Part shown: in pieces, positions 27,188 to 40,129 of the stretch
How positions within the stretch are numbered: the first letter of the stretch is position 1
How the letters are laid out: each line of letters opens with the position of its first letter
Assembly (NCBI GenBank): GCA_964016885.1
Contig: OZ024740.1
Location: forward strand, 98,890,001 to 98,954,000
Reading direction: 5' to 3'
DNA: 64,000 nt
Origin: Eledone cirrhosa
Taxonomy: Eukaryota
Notes under the pieces: model-generated
What the model was told of the DNA's origin: nothing
What the model saw: only the letters and a program-made list of their open reading frames with translations
The model's database searches: none
Made by a program: the position numbers and the translations under genes

Positions 27188-27940
27188 CCTATCTTTGCGT
27201 TGCTATCCTTCTATGTTTGTTTACTTGTCTCGGTCGCTTAACGCGATTTACTTGTCCCAATAGCTTTATTTAGCTATTGCTCGCACCAACTGGAGGTATA
27301 TGATTTTTAAACGATGAAATACCAATGAAGGTTCGAAAATCACTGACGAAGGACTATTTTTATCATATGTAACCCATGTGCAACCACGCAGTATTCATTC
27401 TTCTCATGTTTTTTATATATATTTTCACCAGTTGCGTTTGTCTGTTTCTCTCTTACTGCTTCCCCCCCTCTCTCTGTTTCTCTCACCTTCTTTCGCCCCC
27501 TCTGTCAGTTACACTTTCTCTCGACTGGCCTCTTCCTCGCACTTCCACTCACTTACTCTCTGCCTCTCCCCTTCTCACTTCCTCCCGTTTGGCCTGAAGT
27601 GGGGTCCTTTCTTGCTCAGACCTCTCTCGCGACGCACGGTCTGTTGTCATTCGCTCATGAAATCCACACAGCTTAAGCTGATCGGACTCCCATGTGCTTG
27701 TTTTTTCCTATCTTTGCGTTGCTATCCTTCTATGTTTGTTTACTTGTCTCGCTCGGTTTACGCGATTTACTTGTCCCAATAGCTTTATTTAGCTATTGCT
27801 CGCACCAAGTGGAGGGATATGATTTTTAAAGCGATGAAATACCAATGAAGGTTGGAAAATCACTGATGAAGGACTATTTTTATCATATATAACCCATGTG
27901 CAACCACGCAGTTTTCAGTCTTCTCATGTTTTTTATATAT
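27188..27940 (+). repeat. Direct repeat (~233 bp, period ~519 bp) flanking a CT-rich spacer; pseudo-LTR/retrozyme-like
   Basis: 'cctatctttgcgttgctatccttctatg' at 27188 and 27707. Each copy has CTGA(C/T)GA (27343, 27863). Confidence 0.85.
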
Positions 27941-27955
27941 GTATATATATATATG

Positions 27956-28031
<76 letters not shown>

Positions 28032-28036
<5 letters not shown>

Positions 28037-28150
28037 GATGAGATTCTACAGGACGAGAACTGTTTCATTCATTAGAAATAATCAGGAATCAGATTCCTGA
28101 TGATTTCTAATGAATGAAACAGTTCTAGTCCTGTAGAATCTCATCTATAT
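28032..28150. repeat. Near-perfect palindrome centred on a hammerhead core
   Basis: Right arm CTGATGA-t-ttc-taat-gaa-t-GAAA-cag-TT (28097-28124). The same family recurs at 63122-63165(-). Confidence 0.75.
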
Positions 28151-28223
28151 TAAAACTGTTATACTCTGCAATGTATTGAGTACCTTATTTACTGTGGTTA
28201 CCTCCGATTCAACCCGGAATAAC

Positions 28224-28299
<76 letters not shown>

Positions 28300-29754
28300 A
28301 TATACATAAACTAGACAGAGCCATAGATATATATATATATGTGTGTTTGGCAACCATTCACGGTGTGGCTCAATGATGAATTAATTACTTAAATAATCAA
28401 CAATCCGGGCAATATATAAGAAAGTAAGTCCATAGAATCATTTGATAAAATATATACAGTATTTCTTCTCCCAATCAGCATAATTAACCACACAAAATAT
28501 CAATTAAACGAGGCTATAAGTTTAAAATGTACCTATGAAGAAACAATAGATAAATAAATGATAGCTATTTTATCCGCGATCAACAGCCACAGAAGATTTA
28601 CCTAGTATTTGTAATAGCCAGTAGAAATTTATTAGACATATAGCCAACCATACGCAATTAGGTACAGAATCAAAGTTAGAAGAAAAAAATGTACATAAAC
28701 CCCATGAGATTTCATTCGCTTTTTGCAAATATCCGATCATGGATAGATTCACGAGTTTCGAAATGATCAGGAAACAAACTAAATTGGACAAAGATTTCTG
28801 TTAAATGATCCCCACCAGAAACGAATTCAAAATGGCTAAGAATTGTCACATGGCCATTGGTCAAGTTAGAAAGCTTGTGATTGGTGCCTGATAGCGAGTA
28901 GGCTGGTTGCTAGAAAGCGCAGCCGAATACTGCCTAAATTGTTACTCAACCATACGGGAGTTTATAAAATGTATAGATTTACATATACATAAACTAGACA
29001 GAGCCATAGATATATATATATGTGTTTTTGGCAACCATTCACTTTCATTTTGCACCTAATTGTGTATGGTTGGCTATATGTCTAAACAATTTCTACGGGC
29101 TATTAGAAATACTAGGTAAATCTTCTGTGGCTGTTGATCGCGGATAAAATAGCTAACATTTATTTATCTGTAGCCTCAGTACCACCAGCCGAGTAACTTA
29201 AACATAGCATTGGCCGAATACGCTATACTAACTAATCATAGCAGCTGTGTTAAACCCCAGAGATTTTGTATTACTTTTTACTACCCAATTCTACAATTTC
29301 AATAATTCTTATTTAGTATCTTCTATTCTCAATTCTACTTTATAGTATTGGCCGAAAAAGCAACACCAACTAAATATAGCAGCTGTTTTAGACTTTATAG
29401 TTTTTGTTTTTATCACTTCTCACTATCCAATTTTATATTTTTATATATATTTCTCTTATTCTTTTATTATTTATTTTATTGTCTCCTAATCTCAATTGAT
29501 TTACCTATTCTATAACTCTCTATTTTCGCCGGAAACCTTTTTTTGCCTACCTCCTCTGGCCTACTTTCATACACAATCCTTAAAATTTGCCGTATAGATT
29601 TCACTTTCAACACATGATCGGCTCCACCCAGTCCCTCATTGTTCTATAGGCAAGTTCAGCCACCCCCACCTCCCACCCACTGCCATTATAGACTTATTTG
29701 TGTTTACAACAATTTTGACCAATCCTCTTGACAACTACAATTTCCCATATCATG

Positions 29755-29861
29755 AAGTACCCCTTGAAAAGTTCGGCTATTTATTTACCAGACTAAAAAT
29801 TATAATTTAGTCCAGAAATAGCCGTCGAAACGGCTTGAGCTCTGCCGTCGGGGTCATACTT
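29755..29861 (+). ncRNA. Type I hammerhead fold with GUC triplet and degenerate CUGA box
   Basis: Stem I acccc/ggggt; TTGAAAA; stem II cggctattt/aaatagccg; GAAA; stem III acggc/gccgt; GUC. Second copy at 38231-38338. Confidence 0.65.
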
Positions 29862-29958
29862 TTTTCCTATTACCCACTCTACTTCCCTAAGTATTGAGTA
29901 CTCTGATGCGTTATGGTCCACCTAGTTCCTTACCACAACTCCTTCGTTATATATATAC

Positions 29959-29993
<35 letters not shown>

Positions 29994-30159
29994 TATATAC
30001 ATTTATATATATGCATATATATATATGTGTAAATATATATGTATATATGTATATATATATGAAAAGGAACGATGGACTTTCGTCAAATCGGACCGAGGGA
30101 ACAATGTTTCCGTTGGTCTTTCCAATTGCTAATACTATCTATCGGTCGCAACTCCAGGT

Positions 30160-30280
30160 AGAAGGAGCAACGTGAAATAAATTGTCTTGCTCAAAGACAT
30201 AACGCAACGCCTGGTCCAGGAATCGAACTCACAACCTTACGATTGCGAATCCAATTCTCTAACCACTCAGCCACACGCCT
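30160..30280 (-). mobile_element. SINE family A 5' (tRNA-like) head
   Basis: Minus strand 'tggctgagtggttagagaattggattcgcaatc...gagttcgattcc...gtctttgagcaagacaat'. Confidence 0.75.
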
Positions 30281-30329
30281 ATATATGTGTATATATATAT
30301 GTATACACATATATACGTATATATATATA

Positions 30330-31632
<1,303 letters not shown>

Positions 31633-31639
31633 GTTTGAG

Positions 31640-32443
31640 AAAAGGATCATTGCTTTCACACTTAACGGGATATTTTGAAACATAAAAATCAATCTCTGAA
31701 CGCAGAAGTAAATATTTCGAAAAACGTTGCAACCGTAGGAAAACAAGAAGACGATACTTTGGTTTGTGAAGACGTTTCCTGGCAATGAACGGAAAAAAGC
31801 GAAAATAATACATCGTTATGTGCAGCAGTGAGAACACGCAAAGACAAACGCAAAGACAAAACGCAAAGACAAAACGCAAAGACAAAACGACGTTTATGGT
31901 ATAAATGGAGTCATTAGACTAATAATCTATCCAGAAACCCGAATGAATCTCGGCTTCGGAGTTAAGAATAATGTAAATAAATTACTTGAACGAAAATGAC
32001 AGAGGTTGTTAAAATCATAAAAGTAATAATAATTAAATATATAGATACACACATCTATATACGTACATACACATTCATACGCAAAACACACGCCACACAT
32101 GCATATACATGCACGTACACATAAACACGCGCACACGTGCGTAAACCGGTACGACATATATCCCCGCACACATACGAACGTATACACCAAATACACATAT
32201 AAATATATGTGTGTGTGTATATATACATATAATTATATATAAATATATAAAATATACACGCATGAATGCGTATATAACCAACAGACACACATACGTACAG
32301 GTAAATACACATGTTCACCAAACTTACATATACCAAAATCCTATGTACACAACTACACGCCATACATACGTGCAAACATACATACACACTCATACATAGC
32401 CATATATACACATATACAAAACATACACAAACCCAACGATAAT

Positions 32444-32512
<69 letters not shown>

Positions 32513-32720
32513 CATACATACATAAACATATATAAATATACATATACATTCATACATACACGCATACATACATATACATAAACACCCACATATATATACA
32601 TATAAATATCTATATATATCCACACACGCAAAACAAATATAATACACATACATTCACATACACGCATACCCATACATCCACACACACACGCGCACACCTC
32701 CCCCACATACACATATATAT
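31640..32720 (-). mobile_element. Inverted pseudo-LTR of the PLE at 32750-36150
   Basis: 31890-32450 is the reverse complement of 35385-35830; 31640-31820 matches 35870-36050. Confidence 0.85.
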
Positions 32721-32749
32721 AAATATATAATATTCAACATTCAGAAACA

Positions 32750-34935
32750 ACACCTGAATATTTCTACAAAGAACATACCTAGCAGGAAAACATATTTAAA
32801 ACTTCTTATACAAAAAACGGATTCGTTCATTGAAAGGTTGCGTTGGCGCGCCTTTTATTTCGATAACCAGGAAAAACGGTCAATCAACAGGATCAATTTT
32901 GGTTTAAAACCCCCGAGTAACCCAGCATTGCTACCCTTCGAAAACGATGTCTTGGAACTCATACGGAGTATCAAATTTCGGAACAGGAGCATATCCTTCC
33001 AACAGGACCTGAAGAATAGAATTCGTTCTATTAAGGATTCTAATGCCATGCACGTCTACTCCGACAAAACTGGTAATCTCTATCAAGTCGAGCGCAGTAC
33101 ATACCATCAACTGCTATATAATGCTGTAACCAAGGATTACCAGAAAACCGATCGGAGTGTTATTGGCAGTATCGGTAGCGGGTCGGACGCCATGCTTTCC
33201 AGAATAGTTACGTCCCTTTACGATCTGAGTTCAAATCCCGCCGAGGATGACTTTGCCTTTCATCCTTACGGGGTCGATAAAATAAAGTAGCAGTAATGCA
33301 CTGGGTAATTGCTTGCCTTGTGCCTAAAGTAGAAACAATTAATGACATCAACGATGCTGGGTTTAAAATCTCTTCAGAACTCAACATGCAGGACAGGACC
33401 GAACCTCTAGACCCTGTTTCTCCCCACTTTAATCTAAAGGATCACAAACCCAATTTCGCTAACAACCCTTCTATTTGGCTAATTAACCCTACGAACTCTG
33501 ATTTAGGTAGACTTAGTAAAATAATTTTAGATAAAATTATACCTGAAATTAGAAGTTTGGCCCCTCTTGCACTGTGGAATAATTCTTTCGCGGTGATTGA
33601 TTGGTTCAATGGAATATGCAACAAGGAACATTGCCCTTTTATCCAATTTGACATCAACAACTACTACTCCTCTATCACTTTACCATTTCTTCTCGGAGCT
33701 ATCAATTTCGCTAAAATTCTCACAGTGGTTAAGGATTTCGAAATTGATGTCATCCTCAATGCCCGTGAGTATGAGCACCAACAATTCGGCTGAGCTTACA
33801 GATCTTATCGGCATTTTCCTTCTTTTCTCTATCAACGAAGAATTCCCTAATGTAGGCGGAGGCTTGTACTGCGATGGCGGTCCTTTGACCATGACTAAGT
33901 GCGGTCCTCGTGCTTGCGACAGGTTTAGAAAAAAAATCACAGCTTTCTTTAAAGGCTTCAACGTCTCCAAACAAGTTGAGGCAACCTTTCGGTCGCAAAC
34001 TACCTCGACGTTACCCTCAATTTGTCGAATGGCTTGCACAACCTGTATAGAAAACCCAATGATACGCTTAATTACATCAGTAAATATTCTAACCCCCCTT
34101 CCAGGATAACAAAGAACCTGGTAAGAAACGCTTATTAGAGTTATTCTCGTCTTTCTTCAGACGAGCATATTTTCACAGACCATTCCATATATTACAATGA
34201 AGCTCTTGCTTGGAGTGGATTTGTCGATAAGGTAGCATATACTAAGTATGAGCATAAACCTAGGAAAAATAGATCCCGACACATAACATGGTATAACCCA
34301 CCATATAATATGGAGGTGGCCACAGCATTACCTAAAATCCTTCTCTCCCTTATTAACAAGTATTCCCCCTCAGCACATAAAAATAATAATATTTTTAATA
34401 AAAATACCGTTAAAATATCTTACTCCACAACTCCTAACTGTGCACATAACATCATTGCTTGAAATTTAGCTAAATTACCCAGCCGTAGTAACACGTGCAA
34501 CCCTGTAGCTAATACTAACTGTCATTGTAGGAATCGGGTTGACTGCCCTCTATTCTGGAAATGCCTCTCCAGTAACATTGTCTACAAATGTAAGGTCAAC
34601 ACACCCACGTCTGGTAGGGCCTACATAGGGGTAACCGCCAATAGATTCAAGCAACGTCTTTACATGCGTACTTATTCTTTTCTTAAACCTTTAAGAAGGA
34701 ACATGAGGTCACTTTCAGCCTATATCTGGAGTCTAAAAGGCAACCACACCTAATATAGGTTACACTGGGAGATCCTAGCTAAAGCTAGATCGTATAACGG
34801 AAATAAAAGACCATGCGATCTTTGCGCCGCTGAAGCCCTGGAAATATTCTACGCCAATATCGTAATTTCGGCTTGTAAATGCAAATTGCATAAAACATTC
34901 CTGTATTACAGCCCCACATTATACCCTAACGGATA
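32750..34935 (+). pseudogene. PLE (Naiad-like) RT plus GIY-YIG ORF, decayed, interrupted by a SINE
   Basis: STKNIP..., LRWRAFYF, SDKTGNLY, LKDHKPNF.NNPS..LINPTNSDLG, FIQFDI..YY.SI, GGLYCDG, WYNPPY, CHCRNRVDCPL, IVYKC...YIGVT. Confidence 0.88.
33163..33340 (+). mobile_element. SINE family B inserted in the PLE ORF
   Basis: 'ttggcagtatcggtagcgggtcggacgcc...gcctttcatccttacggggtcgataaaat...agaaacaatt' interrupts the RT reading (DRSVI | NDINDAG). Confidence 0.85.
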
Positions 34936-34939
34936 GTAC

Positions 34940-36150
34940 GAACAATATGCGGATTATTTACGTCTTGATGTGGTAGCTAAGTATATTTTATGTTTATACC
35001 ATTACTTATTTCGTAGGTAAGTATACCTTACCCGTATGTTTGTGCAAGTACGTATACTTTCTCGTACGTATATATGCTTGTATATGTTATAGGAGTATAT
35101 ATTATATATACTGGTTTGTGTATATATGGTTATGTGTATATGTGTATTTCGTGTTTGTGCGTGTATATTTGTATGCGCATATTGGCGTATATGTGTATGT
35201 GTGCATATATGTATTTGTGTATATTTGTGTATATATGTTTGTATATATATATGTGTATATATAAAAATAGCCGTCGAAACGGCTTGAGCTCTTCAATCGG
35301 GATCCTGACTCTTTTCCTATATATCTATATACATATATATATATATGTGTGTGTGTATGTGTGTGTGTGTGTATATATATATATATGGATTATCGTTGGC
35401 TTTGTATATGTGAATATATGGGTATGTATGAGTGTGTATGTGTGTTTGCACGTATGTATGGTGTGTAGTTGTGTATATAGTGTTTTGGTATATGTATACA
35501 CACACATATATTCATATGTGTATTTGGTCTATACGTTCGTATGTGTGCGGGTATATGTGTCATGCCGGTTTACGTACATGTGCGCGTGTTTATGTGTACG
35601 TGCATGTACATGCATGTGTGGCGTGTGCTTTGCGTATGCACGTGTATGTACGTATATAGATTTGTATGTATATATTTAATTATTATTACTTTTACGATTT
35701 TAATAACCTCTGTCATTTTCGTTCAAGTACTTTATTTACATTATCCTTAACTCCTAAGCCGAGAATCATTCGGGTTTCCTAAATAGAATATTAGTCTAAT
35801 GACTCCATTTATACCATAAACATGGCTTTCTCTTTGCGTGTAATTGTGCTCCACGCTCCACATAACGTAGTATTATCTTGGCTTTTTTTCCGTTCATTGC
35901 CAGGGAACGTCTTCACGAACTAAAGTATCGTGGTCTTGTTTTCCTTCGGCTACAACGTTTTTCGAAATATTTACTTCTGCGTCAAAGGTAGATTTTTTTT
36001 TTAGTTTCTGAAGATCCCGTTAAGAGTGAAAGCAGCTATGCTTTGCTTAAACCTTAATCTGTTATTTTAATAAATATTTGCCCTAGGGTTCTTACATATT
36101 TTATATATATTTATCCTTATCGAGCCCTCTTTGGATATTAGTCATCGCAT
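34940..36150 (+). repeat. 3' pseudo-LTR of the PLE (microsatellite-rich, ends with a hammerhead)
   Basis: Follows the ORF end; has an inverted copy upstream of the ORF and further pieces at 36471-37330. Confidence 0.75.
35990..36061 (+). ncRNA. Type I hammerhead motif in pseudo-LTR
   Basis: gttt-CTGAAGA-t-ccc-gttaa-gag-t-GAAA-gca...tgc-TT-aaac. The sister copy at 37181-37241 has stem II ccc/ggg but a mutated core. Confidence 0.6.
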
Positions 36151-36168
36151 TTATTATTATTATTACTA

Positions 36169-36352
36169 TTGGCAGTATTGGGAGAGGGTCGGACGCCATG
36201 CTTTGACGTATAGGGTTACGGCCCTTGCCATTCTGAGTTCAAATCCCGCCGAGGTTAACTTTGCCTTTCATCCTTACGGGGTCGATAAAATAAAGTACCA
36301 GTAATGCACTGGGTAATTGCTGGCCTTGTGCCTAACGTAGAAACAATTATTA
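36169..36352 (+). mobile_element. SINE family B copy
   Basis: Reverse complement of 2701-2890. Confidence 0.85.
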
Positions 36353-36359
36353 CTATATA

Positions 36360-36466
36360 TGGTCTGTTGGAGATGCAGGATATGGCAGCGATAATGAGGG
36401 ACAGAGACCGCTGGAGAGAACTCGTCCATGGATCTCGGGAATTTTACCCGCCTTAGATAGATAGAT
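36360..36466 (+). mobile_element. LINE (RTE-like) extreme 3' end with (atag)n tail
   Basis: Encodes ...AIMRDRDRWRELV; a homologous longer copy is at 39172-39365(-). Confidence 0.55.
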
Positions 36467-36470
36467 ATAT

Positions 36471-37330
36471 ATTAAAATAACAGATTAAAGTTTAAGCAAA
36501 GAATCGCTGCTTTCACCCTTAACGGTGAAATTAAAAGAATCAATCTGTGAACGCAGAAGTAAATATTTAGAAAAACGTTGCAGCCGAGGGAAGACAGGAA
36601 GATGATACTTTGGTTCGTGGAAACGTTCCCTGGCAATGAACGGAAAACAGCGAACATAATACGTCATCAATATTTGTCAGAATGTCGTAATGCAGACAGC
36701 CAGACATACAGACATATATTATATGGATCCGTGCATGTATATATTTAAATTTTGTTGATTTCAATTACCTCTGTAATTTATTCACATTATTCTTAACTCT
36801 GAAGTTGAGAATCATTCGGTTTCCTGAATAGAATTTTAGTTACGACTTCAGTTATACCATAAACGTGGTTTTGTCTTTGCGTGTAATTCTTCTTATCGCT
36901 CCTCATAATGACGCATTAACTTCGTTTTTTTCGTTCATTGCCAGAGAACGTCTCCACGGACCACCTAATAGAATATTAGTCTACGACTTCATTTATACCA
37001 TAAATGTTTTGTCTTTGCGTGTAATTGTTTTCATCACTCCAAATAATGACGTATTATCTTCGTTTATTTTTTCGTTCTTTGCCAGGTAACGTTTCCCCGA
37101 ACCAAAGTATCGTCTTCCTGTCTTCTTTCGGTTGCAACGTTTTTCGAAATATTTACTTCTGCGTTCACAGATTGATTTCTTTAGTTTCAAAAGATCCCGT
37201 TAAGGGTGAAAGCAGCGATTCTTTGCTTAAACTTTAATCTGTTATTTTAATAAATATTTATTCTACGGTTCTTATATATTTGATATATATTTATCCTTAT
37301 CGAGCCCTCTTTGGATTTTAGTCTTCAAAT
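36471..37330. repeat. Foldback made of pseudo-LTR 3' ends of the adjacent PLE family
   Basis: 36471-36665 inverts 37045-37251; internal tandem duplication at ~36827-36960 / 36967-37100. Confidence 0.8.
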
Positions 37331-37390
37331 TTATTATTACTAAATATATATATATAGAAATAACGAAAGAGTGCTTAGAAATACATTGTT

Positions 37391-37447
37391 TTATTAGCTA
37401 ACAGTGTTTCATCCGTACCCTAAGGCAGGAATTATCAGAGCCTATAA
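37391..37447 (-). ncRNA. Type I hammerhead motif, one core mismatch
   Basis: Minus strand: ttataggct-CTGATAA-t-tcctgcc-ttag-ggtacgga-t-GAAA-cactg-TT-agctaataa. Confidence 0.65.
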
Positions 37448-37913
37448 ACAAGAGTATATCAATAGTTGCATGCTCCACCAAGCTGCGTCACCAGAACAAG
37501 GTTAAGGGGCCAGCAGGGGATCCCGAGGCCACCGCTATATAGAAACAGACTCAGTTCATGACGCATATACTGTCATAAAATGTCATAAAAAATGTTATAG
37601 AAAATTACATAAAAAATCACATCAAAAATTTATCATTTACATGGTGCAATGGATGACAAGGAGGGAGAGAGGGTAGCAGGGAATTAGTGAAGGTGTTACT
37701 CAGCATGATAAAAAACAATAAGAAAAATAAGAAAATAAAAAAACGATAAGAAATGCAGAAACAAAACACCAAAAGAAACAAACATCAAGGCATAGATACA
37801 TCAAAACACAAGCAGTGTAGATACAGGATGTACAGGCAGATTATGAGATCTTGCAAGCAGGAGTCTGTGAGAAGGATAGTTGGTGCAACTTTACATGAAG
37901 GATTGTCTATAGG

Positions 37914-38043
37914 AAGGTTATATCGCCTTGCAATAGGTCGATCCTCCGTATCTTATCAGCACGCTACGTTGGTTCTAATGGATGTTGTCCGCAGCGTGCT
38001 GATAAGATACGGAGGATCGACCTATTCCAAGGCGATATAACCT
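37914..38043. repeat. Foldback (~53-bp arms)
   Basis: aggttatatcgccttg...ttatcagcacgct / agcgtgctgataag...caaggcgatataacct. Confidence 0.85.
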
Positions 38044-38809
38044 TGGTTCCAATTGGCTGCAACGGGGTAGGCGAAAGGGGAAAAGCAGACGAGGAAGAAA
38101 ATAGGGGTGGAAGGAAGTGATAAGATGAGACAGGGGGAAGAAGAAGACAAAGAGGAAAAGAAAAGAGATACAACTACCTATTTAAAATTTTAACCAATCC
38201 TCTTGACAACTACAATCTTCCCATATAAGGAAGTACCCCCTTGACATGTTCGGCTATTTATTCACCAGGCTCTAAATTCTAATTTAGTCCAGAAACAGCC
38301 GTCGAAACGGCTTGAGCTCTGCCGTCGGGGTCATACTTTTTCCTAATTCCCACTCTACTACCCTAAGTATTGAGTACTGCGGTGCGTTATGGTCCATCTG
38401 GTTCCTTACCACAATTCCTTTGTTATATATATAAATTTAGATATTTATGTTTCTTGGTTCACCACTGGATAGACCTGGTCATTCCGGATGGTCAACCTCG
38501 ATGGAGAGCACTCAACGTAATGCAACTCACCCGTCTTCATTTGTGTAGTTGGTGGTGCGAGTACGGAGTTAATTATTATAAAATAACAGGAGGCCGGACT
38601 GATGTAATTCCTTAAAGGTTTATTATACTATGAACATTTCAATAACCGGTTCATTGAGCTGAAAAGGCAGAGTGACAAGAGGGCGGCCACCCATTTAGCA
38701 GTTTCTAGTTCGGACAGCCGAGAATATATAGTTGTCTCGGCTGTGTAAATGAGGTGATTAATCTCATTTGCATATGAAGCTGCATAAGTTGACTCAACTT
38801 ATAATAGAA

Positions 38810-39085
38810 AAGAAATAAGATTTCGCTTCAAGCATAGCTTTATACAATATGTATAGAAATTTCGTATCTCCAAAGAAATAGGCTTTCAGGAAGCCGTAGT
38901 TATGCAAACACCGGGGGGCTAACGCCCTTTGGTGATGTCCAGCAGAAGCAAGGAGGACAACCGTCTATACATTTCAGGCGTTACTGGCCTTCGTCAGGAC
39001 GATCCCTCCCACCGCTTGCGATTTCTATGGAGATACGAAATTTCTATACTTATTGTACTATGCTTGAAGCGAAATCTTATTTCTT
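38810..39085. mobile_element. Foldback element (~70-bp arms) whose spacer carries an intact hammerhead
   Basis: aagaaataagatttcgcttcaagcatag... / ...ctatgcttgaagcgaaatcttatttctt. Confidence 0.8.
38952..39009 (-). ncRNA. Type I hammerhead ribozyme, fully canonical core
   Basis: Minus strand: ggaggg-atcgtc-CTGACGA-aggc-cagtaac-gcct-GAAA-tgta-TA-gacggt-tg-tcctcc. Stem I 6 bp plus bulge plus 6 bp, 4-bp stem II, triplet AUA. Confidence 0.88.
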
Positions 39086-39649
39086 ATGTACCTTTGTATA
39101 TATATATATATATATATGCGTGTGTGTGTAAGTGTGTGTATATATATATGTATGTCTATATATACTTATGTATGTATCTATCAATCTATCTAGGGCGGGT
39201 AAAATTCCTGGATCCATGGATGAGTTCTCTCCAGCGGTCTGAGTCCCTCATTATCGCTGCCAAATTCTGCGTCTCCAACAGACCAGTGTCTGTCCTTAGG
39301 GCATCAACATATGTTATCCTTGGCCTTCCTCTTTCAGTGTGTCCATGCAGGCGCTCCCAGTGTAGTTAGGAGCTCTAACCCTAGTGCTATTAGGTAGACT
39401 CTCGATATTTCTTTTCAATGGCTGAAAATACCTTACCGGCGCCACTCGAATAAGGTAATTATTTATCCCATAAATGGAGCCCTAATAGGTACTACTACTC
39501 CGGGCCAGAGCATACCTGGGAGTTAAGACAACTAAGGGGTAACTCCACATTCCCCACAGCTCCTGAACTCCAAATCTGGAGCCATGCTACTGGATAGGCG
39601 AAGTATATCGATGTAAAAGGATTTAGGAAAATCTCCTTCGTAGAGTCAA

Positions 39650-39745
39650 GACGTGTCTGAGGACCTTGCGATTTTTAGAGTCACTTTCGATCATCATATC
39701 GATCGTGCCTCGAGCTGGTTGCCAGAGAAACGATTGTAATATGTC
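39650..39745 (+). ncRNA. Candidate type I hammerhead with a ~60-nt insertion in domain II
   Basis: gacgtgt-CTGAGGA-[63 nt]-GAAA-cgattg-TA-atatgtc. 7-bp stem I (two G-U), near-palindromic stem III, GUA; base of stem II is weak. Confidence 0.5.
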
Positions 39746-39866
39746 CAATAAATTCCATTCGTCACAACACTGATTTTCTTTTTTCTGTGATATCATATTC
39801 TGCTCTATGAGAGCATCGAGTGCTCATACGGCCTACCGCATACGGACGCTTTAAGCATCCAACACC

Positions 39867-39923
<57 letters not shown>

Positions 39924-40129
39924 AAAAAGTATGACACCGACGGCAGAGCTCAAGCCGTTTCGACGGCTATTTCTGTCCAGAATTGTTCAACCTGTGTATG
40001 CTTGTGGTGAGAACGGAAGTATATATCAGCTAACTGGATTCTGCGAGGCAGATGTTAGTTGCTTGATTTCAAGGGAGATAACTCAAATTAAAGATTATAT
40101 TTTTCATTTTTTCATCTCTAAATAGAATG

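Noticed and set aside
30195-30280. tRNA-like sequence (also 51028-51095 and 1795-1868)
   Set aside because: It continues into the SINE central domain and lacks a clean acceptor stem; a SINE head, not a tRNA gene.
34455-34465. In-frame TGA in a Naiad-like ORF as possible selenocysteine
   Set aside because: Not at a conserved Cys position; the ORF has many other disruptions, and the Cys motifs use normal Cys codons.
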